This document shows positions 9,001 through 17,225 of a stretch of DNA of 37,896 bases, piece after piece. Position 1 is the stretch's first letter; the number at the start of each line of letters is the position of its first letter. The stretch is from assembly GCA_946626795.1 (NCBI GenBank), contig CAMOUZ010000001.1:1-37896 (forward strand), read 5' to 3'. The stretch is from an uncultured Clostridia bacterium (GTDB lineage Bacteria; Bacillota; Clostridia; Christensenellales; CAG-1252). Position numbers and translations under genes: made by a program. Under the pieces are notes generated by a model. The model saw only the letters and a list, made by a program, of their open reading frames with translations, was not told the DNA's origin and made no database searches.

Positions 9001-12000
9001 AAAAGGGCTTTGGGACGGGAAGCTCTCGGCGGAACTCTATCTGTACGATGAGCGTTATTCCCAAGACGGGAAGCTCTCGGCGGAACTCTATCTGTACGAT
9101 GAGCGTTATTCCCAAGACGGGAAGAGCGACAATGCACGCGAAATGATGAAGATCACTTTCACGGCGGTCATCGCGGACAGCGTGGTCTACGTGAAAGATT
9201 ATGACAATAGCCATTATGGCGCCGCCGACATGCGTTTCACCGTCGAAAGGGCGATCGAATTTTGGATAGAGGAAGCTTTGGACGGAGAAGGTTTCATTCC
9301 GATGTTGTATGAGATGAGTAAAGGCGGCGTTCCTGCCTTGCTCAGCGCCATCGAGGCGCTCCCCGACGCGGCGAAAGCTTCCCTCGTCGACGCGGCGGAC
9401 AGCTTCTTCGCTTATTTCACGATCTTGCGTGACGAAGGCGGAAAGAAAGTCCTTACGATCGATCTTGCCAAAGTCTATGAGATGTTTGCGCTCATCGCGG
9501 AAAGCGATCTCAAAACCGTCTTTGAGACCCTTCTCGGCGAAGGCGGCTATGACAGGCTTTCGGAAGAGATCATATCTCTCTTCGATATCACGATGGGCGA
9601 GATCATCGACGCCGCCGAGGCGCAAGGCTTCGATCTCGCGGAATATATCCTCTCCGTTTCGGAGAATGAAGAAGATCCCATCGCGTCTTTCCTCTCCGGC
9701 TTCGGCTTGGAGATCAAAGAACCGGTGGATAAGATCATCGACGGCTTGCGCGAGACTTATCCCGAAGTGACGGGCGACACTCAAAAGCTTTATCTCAAAG
9801 CGCTTTTGAAGAGCGCGAGCTTCCGCGCGGCGAAACTCGCGGATCTCTTCGTGGATTACGGATTCCTTGATGAGGACACCATCGAGAGAGTCAAAGGGAA
9901 CGCGGAACAATTCTTCGCAGAAGGAAATGAAGTGAAGCTCGCCGATTTTCCGTTCATCGAAGATTCGCCCTTGCTTTGGATGCTTGCGGATGAAGAGACG
10001 TATTCCGAGATGAAAGAGACGTTTGCGCTCTTTGCGGAAGGGACGTACGCGATGATCCGCACGGACGCGCTCGGGAATATCCTCGACGGGTCGGTGACCT
10101 TTAACGTCGAGGGAGACGGCATCTCCTTCAAGGGAGAGATCAAGATCGCTTCGGAGGATGATCTAACGGGCGATTACGACGATATCCAAGCGACGGTCGA
10201 GGGAGAGATGCTGCCCAAGGAGGCGTATGCGGATCTCGTGGAGACTTACGCTACGCCGCAGACGGTGTCGGACGACGATTACGAAACAGAGCAATACACC
10301 GTTACGGGGATCTATGGCGAGGCGGGCGCTTTGGAAGGCGTCACGATCATCTTTGAAGAGATCGCCGGCAGATACACAAGTTATGGCAGAGGACATACCC
10401 ATAAACCGTATAATAAAGTGACGACGACCTTTGTTTTGGACAATGATATGGTCGCCGTAACGAGATCTTGCGGCGAAACGGAGATCGTGTATTCTTTCGC
10501 CATGCCGGCAAGCATCCTTGCCGAATATTATGAAGAGGGCAAGGACGGTGAAAAGTTCTTGGAGTATCAAGACCTTATCGACGGCTTTGAAAACATAGAG
10601 ATCGTTTACAACATAGAAGCAGGAACGTATCGGATCGAGGGCGATTATTGTCAACATAAATGGAAAGAGGATGAGACGCTTTCCGTGCCGGCGGAGAAAT
10701 GCGGCGAAGTTTGGACGACGGTGTACGTTTGTGAGAAATGCGGCAAACAGAGGAGCGAGTATGCGTATCGTCAGCACGACGTGGAAGCGGACTATGCCTT
10801 CGACGGCGAAAAGGACTGCACGCAGGGCGGCGTCTATAATCTCGTCTGTAAGGACTGCGGCGAGATCGTTTATTCCGTTCCTTTCTCCGACCATCAAAAG
10901 ACGATGACCCCCGTGGATCTTTCCGCATTCGATCTTTCGGAGGACGTGGCGGATATTTTGGCAAACTGCGTCCGCGTTTGCGCCTGCGGCAAAGAATACA
11001 GCATAGCCGAATATTTGCCGTATTATTTGGAGCGCTACGATTTCGACGTCGAATATACGAATAATTATCAGGATTTCACAGCGACGTGCGGAGATCTCAC
11101 CGTGACGGGCACCGAAGAGACCGTGCCGGTCGAAGGAAAGCTCTGCATCTATGAAAAACGCCTTCAAATCGAGATTAAGCAAGGCGACGTTACGCGCGTC
11201 TTTACGCAGAGCAAGGAGGAAAAGATTCATAATCTCCAAACTTTCGTCTCCCTCGCGGAGGGCGCCGTGACCTGCTTGGACGGTGTGATTGTGGAGAATA
11301 AATGTATCCGTTGCGGATACGTCTATGCGACAGATGAGAGGCTGGGCCATGAGGAAGGCATTATGGCGACCCTCGAAGCGGGCGACGCCACGATATGCGT
11401 CTATGGCTGCGCTTGCGGCGAGTATTTCGAAAGATATCAGATGTATTATGAGTACGGAGAGGGCGGAAATTGGGTCTATCGTCCGTATAGCGTATATTGG
11501 AATGGCGCGTGGGCGCAGGAAGACGAAGATTCCGCCGTCACGGAAGGCGGCGTCAGCTGGACGATCTTCTCCTTGGGCGATACGCGCATTCGCGTCGGAT
11601 ACGGACTGACCGAGCCCGTGAACTGCAAGAGCGACGTGAAATTCTACGTTTGCTTGGGTTATAACGTCTTGACGGGCGAATCCCAACATGCGCTTTCTTA
11701 TACGATCGCGACGAAGGATAACCATACGGAGAAGGTGACTTATTCCCTTGCGGAAGGAAGCCGTGATTGCAGTGACGGAGTCCTCGTTCGCACGGTCTGT
11801 TCCGTCTGCGGCTTGGTGATGGGCGAAAGGACGGATTATGAACACCGCGAAAATGTCGAGATCATCGACCTTGCGGAGTACGGCGAGACCCACGGCGGCA
11901 AAATCGGGCATTATACCTGTCCCTGCGGATTCGTCAATTACGTCCGCGTGCTCTCCGGAGATTTTGATGCCGGGGTGTATAAGTATGTTGCTTCTTCGAT

Positions 12001-13795
12001 CAGCGAAGAGATGAGGCATTTATACATGGAAAGGGGCTATTATGATTGGGTCTATTCTTGTTCGGTGACCGAGCCCGATTCCTGCGGCTTCCGCTATGCT
12101 TTGAGATATAAGGAAGTGCCCGATGGCGACGCTTGCCATTGGAAGCTCGTGAAATACTGCGTCATCGGCTGTGACGAGGATGGAAACGAGATGAAAAACA
12201 GCCTCAGCTTTGATCTCTTTGATGTTTATAAGTTCACTGCGCATATCGAGCTTTCCTCCGCGGAGGGAGAGAAGACGGCGGTCAGCGCCGACGCGCCTTG
12301 TCTCAAACGTGTGAGCGTGACGGAAAGCTGCGCCGCTTGCGGATATAGCAGCACGCATTATTCCTTCGTTACGGAGCACGTCAAAACCACGGAGCCTTAT
12401 GAAAAAGCCCTGTCGAAAGGCATGAAGATCTATTCTTATGCGGATGAATATTGCAGCGCTTGCGGCTATGGCTTCTATTGGGTCCAAAGCAGCAACGGCA
12501 ATACCCTTGTCACCTATTCCGAAGCAGAAAGCGTCGAAAACGCGCATTATCTGCGTTATAGATATATGTACGATGAGAGCTATCCGATATACGAAGTGAG
12601 GATGGCGGAGGACGGCAGCTATACGATCAAGACCTATTATTACACGCAGTTCGGCACGCTGTCGGCGGAAGACGTGGATCGCCTCTTGGAAAACGTCTCG
12701 ATCAGCGAGAGCTTGAAAGAAAAGTTCGGACTTGATTTTGAGAGCGGCATGAAGACCGCGGTGCCTCAGTTGGAGGAAGTATTGTCTAATCGCGGCATAA
12801 GGGATTATGCAAGCTACAAGGCATTCTTGACGGAGAATTGGCCGAATGTCGCAAGCTTCACGCTTCGCGAAGAATATGTGCGGCAATACGGTGAGATGGG
12901 GCTCTGCGCATTGCATGCGGCGCATCTTGAGCTTTTGGATGAGATTGCAAGCACGACCGGCGTGCGTGACTTTATCCGTATCTATGCGTACGACGACGAT
13001 CTCTTCTATGCGGCGTTGGACGGAGATTTGGACGCGAGCGTCATTTCTTATCTCAAACAGGCGATCTCCGCGGGCGGCTGCTATCGCCTGACGGTCGAGA
13101 CCACGGGGAAGGGCAGCTTCCTTTCGGGATTCTCCGCGTCTTGCGGACGCCGCTATGCTTATAACGGCGGCGAAGCGCCCACCTGCACGCAGTTCGGCGT
13201 CAGCGATTATACGGATTATTGCCCCTTCTGCGGAAAGATCCGTTGGGAAGGCGAGAGCGCTTCTTCGCCGACGGGACATACTTTCGTGGCGGATGAGGAC
13301 GGAGAGGGCTATCATTGCTCCGTTTGCGGCATCGAGAGCAGCATCGGCGTGAATGGCTCCGTCGCCCTCGAAGATTGCACGGTCTATACCACCGATCCGA
13401 ATTATTATATCGTGGGTTACTATGATCCCACGGGGAGAGACTTCCTCTTGGTGATCTCGCTTGTGGCGAAGGACGGCAGAAAAGACGAGGCGGGAAATAT
13501 CGTAGAGATCGTGGTCCCCGATGTGCCGATGAAGGTCACGGGGCTCGGACTCGACGGAAAGCCCATATACGCCTACACCGTGGACGGACATTATATCTTC
13601 TTCTCCAAGGACGCCGTCTTCGAGGCGGCTCGCGAGATCGATCCGGAGATCGATGAGGACGTTTGGAATGTCCGCCTCTCCTTCGTACCTTACGGCGGCG
13701 ATGACGGCGACTATGATTACAGCATCACCTTCGGCGACCTTCCCGAGGAAGATCCCGAGGCCTTGGACAATGCGTTAGTCGGCTTCACGGCGTGA
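6056..13795 (+). CDS. giant surface lipoprotein (2579 aa) with about 26 CxxC zinc-ribbon-like modules
   Basis: AGGAG lies 4 nt upstream of ATG 6056. The N terminus MEKRRLWKIGIIVVFAVLAVLTFVAC is a lipoprotein signal peptide with a lipobox. The translation has a Gly/Ser/Asp/Gln linker, many H-x-W...C-x(7-9)-C-x-x-C...GH modules and a beta-sandwich ending in HFSYYSV. The ORF-track start at 5774 overlaps the upstream gene and terminator. Confidence 0.85.
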   Translation: MEKRRLWKIGIIVVFAVLAVLTFVACGTKTCSHEWSDYTVTKAATCSEEGVKTRTCGKCGAVETLAIAVDENAHDWGEWQVVTPATTEAEGVKERVCKHNAQHVERGTVDKLPAEGGDQGSGDQNQGSGDQQGSGDQGQGGSGDQNQGSGEEGQGSGSQQDPVDAHVHSYTVQKAESAYLASSATCTTPAKYYYSCACGEKSGNTFSWGETAAHAYVADLTKSTAADCENAGETVSVCSNCNAEKREPVAALTHDYSQWTPVTPAGCMTKGEQKRECSRCHHEETEELSALGHAWNKAAVTCTEGRECTRCEEKENALGHNYQETVSAAASCGAEGRIVRVCRNCQDEIIDVLPATGEHESDGVWVKVDPVLKDGTTCTYITRSVSHCSICEAEIVQTEESYKHTYAVSIETKAKCNASGEKKYTCSACDHSYTVTYDDAEAHAWDDGVKNGNVTTYTCGNCSQTRTAMSYEEEEEQTVSAEDLGAAGAIDLKDASITFDEDAKAALGTGDVTLSATANTAEDLSIRDENIPSDAKVYNITMTTTEQSEGVHALNGRVTVRVPYELAEGADPENVDVYYIYTVEENGVEVTKLETMNARYSDGYAYFETDHFSYYSVTYLTPKQRCQKYGHSNEERTVKAKTCTLDGYECYVCQRCGEVRFVVTEALKATGHELSETVVPASCVTNGSKTVTCANCNYRRVETLFATGHNYVKNEEKSSAASCSAAGKTYYVCTICADEYYKTEAQLAHAFEAETVAAGCLTGGYTLYTCSTCGYSYKDAITKALGHNYKEENHAKTCTEDGYVLHTCLRCGDNYKDQIVPKGHVWNLAEPNCGQGQVCLVCGAEGLPATGEHVMKNGVCTVCGQGCEHALTSVTVLPTCVSEGYTLVTCSKCGYSEKKDITAATGIHTYLDGACTICGAKEPVLTTYYFTVLQNLASQPLYFHIDELAMKASLPVNGEGIPVQYISNYKMKNAEFTLLRNEKGLWDGKLSAELYLYDERYSQDGKLSAELYLYDERYSQDGKSDNAREMMKITFTAVIADSVVYVKDYDNSHYGAADMRFTVERAIEFWIEEALDGEGFIPMLYEMSKGGVPALLSAIEALPDAAKASLVDAADSFFAYFTILRDEGGKKVLTIDLAKVYEMFALIAESDLKTVFETLLGEGGYDRLSEEIISLFDITMGEIIDAAEAQGFDLAEYILSVSENEEDPIASFLSGFGLEIKEPVDKIIDGLRETYPEVTGDTQKLYLKALLKSASFRAAKLADLFVDYGFLDEDTIERVKGNAEQFFAEGNEVKLADFPFIEDSPLLWMLADEETYSEMKETFALFAEGTYAMIRTDALGNILDGSVTFNVEGDGISFKGEIKIASEDDLTGDYDDIQATVEGEMLPKEAYADLVETYATPQTVSDDDYETEQYTVTGIYGEAGALEGVTIIFEEIAGRYTSYGRGHTHKPYNKVTTTFVLDNDMVAVTRSCGETEIVYSFAMPASILAEYYEEGKDGEKFLEYQDLIDGFENIEIVYNIEAGTYRIEGDYCQHKWKEDETLSVPAEKCGEVWTTVYVCEKCGKQRSEYAYRQHDVEADYAFDGEKDCTQGGVYNLVCKDCGEIVYSVPFSDHQKTMTPVDLSAFDLSEDVADILANCVRVCACGKEYSIAEYLPYYLERYDFDVEYTNNYQDFTATCGDLTVTGTEETVPVEGKLCIYEKRLQIEIKQGDVTRVFTQSKEEKIHNLQTFVSLAEGAVTCLDGVIVENKCIRCGYVYATDERLGHEEGIMATLEAGDATICVYGCACGEYFERYQMYYEYGEGGNWVYRPYSVYWNGAWAQEDEDSAVTEGGVSWTIFSLGDTRIRVGYGLTEPVNCKSDVKFYVCLGYNVLTGESQHALSYTIATKDNHTEKVTYSLAEGSRDCSDGVLVRTVCSVCGLVMGERTDYEHRENVEIIDLAEYGETHGGKIGHYTCPCGFVNYVRVLSGDFDAGVYKYVASSISEEMRHLYMERGYYDWVYSCSVTEPDSCGFRYALRYKEVPDGDACHWKLVKYCVIGCDEDGNEMKNSLSFDLFDVYKFTAHIELSSAEGEKTAVSADAPCLKRVSVTESCAACGYSSTHYSFVTEHVKTTEPYEKALSKGMKIYSYADEYCSACGYGFYWVQSSNGNTLVTYSEAESVENAHYLRYRYMYDESYPIYEVRMAEDGSYTIKTYYYTQFGTLSAEDVDRLLENVSISESLKEKFGLDFESGMKTAVPQLEEVLSNRGIRDYASYKAFLTENWPNVASFTLREEYVRQYGEMGLCALHAAHLELLDEIASTTGVRDFIRIYAYDDDLFYAALDGDLDASVISYLKQAISAGGCYRLTVETTGKGSFLSGFSASCGRRYAYNGGEAPTCTQFGVSDYTDYCPFCGKIRWEGESASSPTGHTFVADEDGEGYHCSVCGIESSIGVNGSVALEDCTVYTTDPNYYIVGYYDPTGRDFLLVISLVAKDGRKDEAGNIVEIVVPDVPMKVTGLGLDGKPIYAYTVDGHYIFFSKDAVFEAAREIDPEIDEDVWNVRLSFVPYGGDDGDYDYSITFGDLPEEDPEALDNALVGFTA
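6401..6535 (+). repeat. imperfect in-frame low-complexity repeat encoding GDQGSGDQNQGSGDQQGSGDQGQGGSGDQNQGSGEEGQGSGSQQ
   Basis: Repeated ggNgaYcaRggNtcggg-like units are visible in the nucleotide sequence. Confidence 0.8.
9017..9118 (+). repeat. perfect 51-bp tandem duplication (2 copies), in frame
   Basis: 9017-9067 and 9068-9118 are identical base for base. They encode GKLSAELYLYDERYSQD twice. The 9-nt gacgggaag occurs at 9014, 9065 and 9116. Confidence 0.95.
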
Positions 13796-13814
13796 CCTGA
13801 AAAAAGGATAAAAA

Positions 13815-13851
13815 GATCCTTCCTCGAATCGCAGAGGAGGGATCTTTTTTT
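13815..13851 (+). terminator. rho-independent terminator of the giant gene
   Basis: 11-bp stem gatccttcctc / gaggagggatc (one G-U pair) with an 8-nt loop, then TTTTTTT. Confidence 0.8.
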
Positions 13852-13960
13852 AAAGTTGCGTGGCACTAAAAGGATTACGGAGAGCGATTTGTTATGCGCC
13901 TCTATGTCCGTCCTTACGCTATTTTAAAAGTCAACCAAAAGTAATTAATGCTTTTTTATT

Positions 13961-14013
13961 AAAAAAGACCTATCCGTATTTCTTCCAAATTCACGGAAGT
14001 GTTCGGATAGGTC
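13961..14013 (-). terminator. terminator downstream of tRNA-Ala
   Basis: On the minus strand, a 10-bp stem (gacctatccg with its exact complement cggataggtc) flanks an internal cttcc/ggaag hairpin and is followed by TTTTTT. Confidence 0.7.
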
Positions 14014-14018
14014 CACTG

Positions 14019-14094
14019 TGGTGGAGATAAGGGGATTCGAACCCCTGACCTATACGATGCGAACGTATCGCTCTACCAACTGAGCCATATCCCC
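14019..14094 (-). tRNA. tRNA-Ala (anticodon CGC), CCA encoded
   Basis: The reverse complement is GGGGATATGGCTCAGTTGGTAGAGCGATACGTTCGCATCGTATAGGTCAGGGGTTCGAATCCCCTTATCTCCACCA. It forms a cloverleaf with anticodon loop TTCGCAT, the G3:U70 alanine identity pair and a GGTTCGAATCC T-arm. Confidence 0.95.
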
Positions 14095-14106
14095 AAGCAC
14101 TTTTGT

Positions 14107-14135
14107 ATTATAGAGCATTGCGCGGGAGTTTGCAA
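14107..14135 (-). promoter_or_regulatory. near-consensus promoter of tRNA-Ala
   Basis: The minus strand reads TTGCAA (14135-14130), a 17-nt spacer and TATAAT (14112-14107). The predicted start is about 6 nt upstream of the mature tRNA 5' end. Confidence 0.8.
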
Positions 14136-14290
14136 GTGTTTTTTCGTGATTTCTTATCATTGCGTCGAAATGCTCGCTTCGGGCGGGGAGGAAGGGGGCG
14201 ATTCGGCTCTTTTCCCTTGTGATATGCGGCGGGATTTCGGCGTCGGAGGCGGCGCAGCGTGGGCGAGAGACTGCGATCTTCTCGATTTCA

Positions 14291-14320
14291 TTGGACATTT
14301 CCCTCACAGGGTGTTACAAT
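14291..14320 (+). promoter_or_regulatory. candidate promoter of the yhhQ operon
   Basis: TTGGAC (14291-14296), an 18-nt spacer, then TACAAT (14315-14320) with an upstream TGT (extended -10). Confidence 0.6.
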
Positions 14321-14357
14321 ATGGATATTCGGCGCGCACGCGCGTCTTTTGCGGATA

Positions 14358-14403
14358 GAAGATGTTCCTTGCATAACCATCTTCAAAATAAAAAACAAGG
14401 AGG
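14358..14403 (+). promoter_or_regulatory. preQ1-I riboswitch (translational, SD-sequestering pseudoknot)
   Basis: P1 is AGAUG (14360-14364) / CAUCU (14378-14382), extendable to 7 bp. The loop is UU-CCUUG-CAUAAC. An A-rich tail AAAAUAAAAAA follows, then CAAGG (14396-14400), which pairs with loop CCUUG (14367-14371) and overlaps the SD AAGGAGG (14397-14403). It closely parallels the B. subtilis queC aptamer AGAGGUUCUAGCUACACCCUCUAUAAAAAACUAAGG. The A-rich linker is a few nt longer than usual. Confidence 0.7.
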
Positions 14404-14411
14404 TCACGGCG

Positions 14412-15161
14412 GTGACGGTCATCAAAAACTTTTTTTCGGAAATCAAACTTTTACTTCGAAGCATTCCCTCTCTCGTTACGGCGCTTTTCGTGACGGCGGT
14501 GGTGTCGATGAATCTCCTCGCGAATAAGAGCATCGATCTCGGGCTGAGCTGGCTCGCCTTGGACTGCGGCATCCTTTTCTCTTGGCTCGTCTTCCTCCTG
14601 ATGGACGTCGTGACCAAGCGTTTCGGCGTGCGCGCGGCGAACCTTCTTTCCCTCGTGGCGCTTGTGATCAATCTCTTCTTTTCGGCGTTCTATATCGCGA
14701 TGTCTTATATCCCCGGCACTTGGTCGATGAGCTTCGCAGAAGGATCGGAAGGGGTGATCAACGCGGCTTTGGACGGTACGTTCCGTTCCTCTTGGTACGT
14801 GATCTTCGGGAGCTCCGTCGCCTTCCTCTCCTCCGCCGTGGCGAATAACTTTATGAATCGTTCTTTCGGGCGGCTTTTTGCGGGACACCCGAAAGTGAGC
14901 TTCTATCTCAGCTGTTATCTTTCCACCTTCCTCGCGCAGTTTTTGGATAATATCCTCTTCGCCTTCATCGTGAGCTATCATTTCTTCGGCTGGTCGCCGC
15001 TTCAATGCGTGATGTGTGCCGTGACGGGCGCGGTGGCGGAGCTACTCTTCGAGGTGGTGTTCTCGCCCGTGGCGTATAAGGTGGTAAGGAAGTACGAGGA
15101 AGAAAAGGTCGGGCAGGCGTATCTGGACTATCTTGCCGCCCGCAAGGAGGCGAATGTATGA
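14412..15161 (+). CDS. yhhQ: queuosine precursor (preQ0/preQ1) transporter, YhhQ/VUT (DUF165) family
   Basis: GTG 14412 lies 8 nt after AAGGAGG. The 249-aa polytopic membrane protein (NLLANKSIDLG..LALDCGILFSWLVFLLMDVVTKRFG..FLDNILF) fits the VUT family. The ORF-track extension to 14259 covers the promoter and riboswitch. Confidence 0.85.
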   Translation: MTVIKNFFSEIKLLLRSIPSLVTALFVTAVVSMNLLANKSIDLGLSWLALDCGILFSWLVFLLMDVVTKRFGVRAANLLSLVALVINLFFSAFYIAMSYIPGTWSMSFAEGSEGVINAALDGTFRSSWYVIFGSSVAFLSSAVANNFMNRSFGRLFAGHPKVSFYLSCYLSTFLAQFLDNILFAFIVSYHFFGWSPLQCVMCAVTGAVAELLFEVVFSPVAYKVVRKYEEEKVGQAYLDYLAARKEANV

Positions 15162-15823
15162 AAGCTTTGATCACGGGCGCGAGCGGAGATATCGGACGCG
15201 CCATTGCGGAGAAATTCTTGGCGGAGGGATATGAGGTCGTCGGCTTGGACGTCCGCCCTTCCGACCTGAAAAAAGCGGGATACATCCATATCCTTGCGGA
15301 CGTGCGGGGAGAGCTTCCGCCCGTGGAGGGCGTGAATGTCCTCGTGACAGCCGCAGGCGTGCAGTTTCCCGCGGAAGAGGTCATCGACGTAAATCTCAAA
15401 GGCGTGATCCGCACGATGGAGCGCTATGCTTACACCCCCGCCATTCGCGCCGTGGTGAACATTGCCTCCGCGAGCGCAAGAAACGGCGCCGAATTCCCCG
15501 AATACGTCGCAAGCAAGGCGGGCGTCGTCGCTTATACAAAGAACGCGGCTCTGCGCCTCGCTTCTTACGGCGCCACGTGTAACAGCCTCTCGCCCGGCGG
15601 CGTGTATACGCGATCGAACGCGCCCGTCCTCGACGACGAAGCGCTTCGCGCCGCCGCGATCGGCGAGTCCCTTCTCGGAAAATGGGCGGAGCCCCGAGAG
15701 ATCGCCGAATGGACGTATTTCCTCGCCGCATTGAATAAGAGCATGACGGGGGAGGACGTCTTGGTGGATAACGGCGAGATGTTGAAGTCGAATTTCGTCT
15801 GGCCGAAAGGAAATGCCGATTGA
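15158..15823 (+). CDS. short-chain dehydrogenase/reductase (SDR) family oxidoreductase (221 aa)
   Basis: TGASGDIGRAIA cofactor motif and catalytic YVASKAG (YxxxK). The ATG overlaps the yhhQ stop (ATGA). Confidence 0.85.
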   Translation: MKALITGASGDIGRAIAEKFLAEGYEVVGLDVRPSDLKKAGYIHILADVRGELPPVEGVNVLVTAAGVQFPAEEVIDVNLKGVIRTMERYAYTPAIRAVVNIASASARNGAEFPEYVASKAGVVAYTKNAALRLASYGATCNSLSPGGVYTRSNAPVLDDEALRAAAIGESLLGKWAEPREIAEWTYFLAALNKSMTGEDVLVDNGEMLKSNFVWPKGNAD

Positions 15824-15853
15824 CGGCGCAGAAGGTCGCCCCGAGCCTGTAAT

Positions 15854-15893
15854 TTTGCATAGATATTTTGTATATTGCATAAAATATCGCATA
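15854..15893. promoter_or_regulatory. AT-rich TGCATA/CGCATA repeats, possible ArgR/AhrC (ARG box-like) sites
   Basis: TGCATA occurs at 15856 and 15876 (20-bp spacing, as for tandem 18-bp ARG boxes) and CGCATA at 15888, just upstream of the argG promoter. The second half-sites match the consensus poorly. Confidence 0.3.
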
Positions 15894-15937
15894 AATACAA
15901 AAATATAAAATATTTTCTAAATAATATACAAAAACAT

Positions 15938-15966
15938 TTGACTTGCCGCGGCGGCATTTCTATAAT
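15938..15966 (+). promoter_or_regulatory. argGH promoter
   Basis: TTGACT (15938-15943), a 17-nt spacer, then TATAAT (15961-15966). Confidence 0.75.
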
Positions 15967-16000
15967 AAGGATACCATCGACTTTTTATAGGAGAAGAATT

Positions 16001-17224
16001 ATGGATAAAAGCAGCATCAAGAAAGTTGTCCTTGCCTATTCGGGCGGGCTTGACACCTCCATCATCATCCCTTGGCTCAAAGAGAATTACGGCGGATGCG
16101 AGGTCATCGCCGTGGCGGCGAACGTAGGACAGGCAGACGAGCTGGACGGCCTTGAAGAGAAGGCTTTGAAGACCGGCGCGGACAAGATCTATATCCTCGA
16201 CCTCACCGAGGAATACGTGAATGATTATATCATCCCGACGATGCAGGCGGGCGCCCTTTACGAGGAATATTATCTCGGGACGTCGCATGCGCGTCCTTTG
16301 ATCGCGAAAGCGCTCGTCGAGATCGCGAAGAAGGAAGGCGCGGACGCCATCTGCCATGGTTGCACGGGCAAGGGAAACGATCAAGTGCGTTTCGAGCTCG
16401 GCATCAAGCATTTTGCGCCCGAGATGAAAGTCATCGCTCCTTGGCGCGAATGGAGCATAAAGTCGCGTGAAGAGGAGATCGCTTATGCCGAAACGCATAA
16501 CGTGCCTTTGAAGATCAATAAGCAGACCAATTACAGTAAGGACAAGAATCTCTGGCACCTCTCGCACGAGGGCTTGGATCTCGAAGATACGGGGAATGAG
16601 CCGCAGTACGAGAAAGAGGGCTTCCTCGAAATGGGCGTTTCGCCCCTGAAAGCGCCCGACGCGCCCACCTATATCGAGCTGACCTTCGAGAAAGGTGTGC
16701 CCACCTCCCTGAACGGGGAGAAGATGACGGCGAAAGAGATCATTCTCGCCCTGAATAAGATCGGCGGAGCGAACGGCATCGGCATCATCGACATCGTGGA
16801 GAATCGTCTTGTGGGCATGAAATGTCGCGGCGTGTATGAGACCCCGGGCGGCGCCATCCTTTATAAGGCGCATTCCGTTTTGGAGAGCCTCACCCTCGAT
16901 AAACTCACGATGCATGAGAAGCAGAAGCTCGCCATCACCTTCGGTGAGCTCGTCTATAACGGGCAATGGTTCAGCCCCCTCCGCGAGGCGCTCTCCGCTT
17001 TCGTCACCAAGACGCAGGAGACCGTCACGGGCAAGGTGCGCTTGAAGCTTTATAAGGGCAACATCATCAAGGCCGGCGTATGGAGCGATTACTCCCTCTA
17101 CAGCGAGGAGATCGCCACCTTCGGCGAGAGTGATTACGATCAGACCGATTCCAAGGGCTTCATTACCCTTTACGGACTGCCCACCAAAGTGCAGGCGATC
17201 GTGAAAAGCAAGGTGAAAAAATAA
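16001..17224 (+). CDS. argG: argininosuccinate synthase
   Basis: AGGAG lies 7 nt upstream of ATG 16001. N-terminal [15 protein letters not shown]-binding motif and [13 protein letters not shown]. 407 aa. Confidence 0.95.
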   Translation: MDKSSIKKVVLAYSGGLDTSIIIPWLKENYGGCEVIAVAANVGQADELDGLEEKALKTGADKIYILDLTEEYVNDYIIPTMQAGALYEEYYLGTSHARPLIAKALVEIAKKEGADAICHGCTGKGNDQVRFELGIKHFAPEMKVIAPWREWSIKSREEEIAYAETHNVPLKINKQTNYSKDKNLWHLSHEGLDLEDTGNEPQYEKEGFLEMGVSPLKAPDAPTYIELTFEKGVPTSLNGEKMTAKEIILALNKIGGANGIGIIDIVENRLVGMKCRGVYETPGGAILYKAHSVLESLTLDKLTMHEKQKLAITFGELVYNGQWFSPLREALSAFVTKTQETVTGKVRLKLYKGNIIKAGVWSDYSLYSEEIATFGESDYDQTDSKGFITLYGLPTKVQAIVKSKVKK

Positions 17225-17225
17225 G

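Noticed and set aside
7652-13591. Three long minus-strand ORFs (7652-9910, 10163-12019, 12020-13591) inside the first giant gene
   Set aside because: The explanation is the same. All three are in the codon-aligned antisense register of the 6056-13795 CDS (triplets congruent to 2 mod 3), and their composition is low-complexity R/H/I/D-rich.
14050-14411. ORFs 14050-14307 (-), 14146-14358 (+), 14219-14527 (+) and the 5' extension of the yhhQ ORF from 14259
   Set aside because: They overlap the tRNA gene, its promoter, the yhhQ promoter and the riboswitch. None has an RBS.
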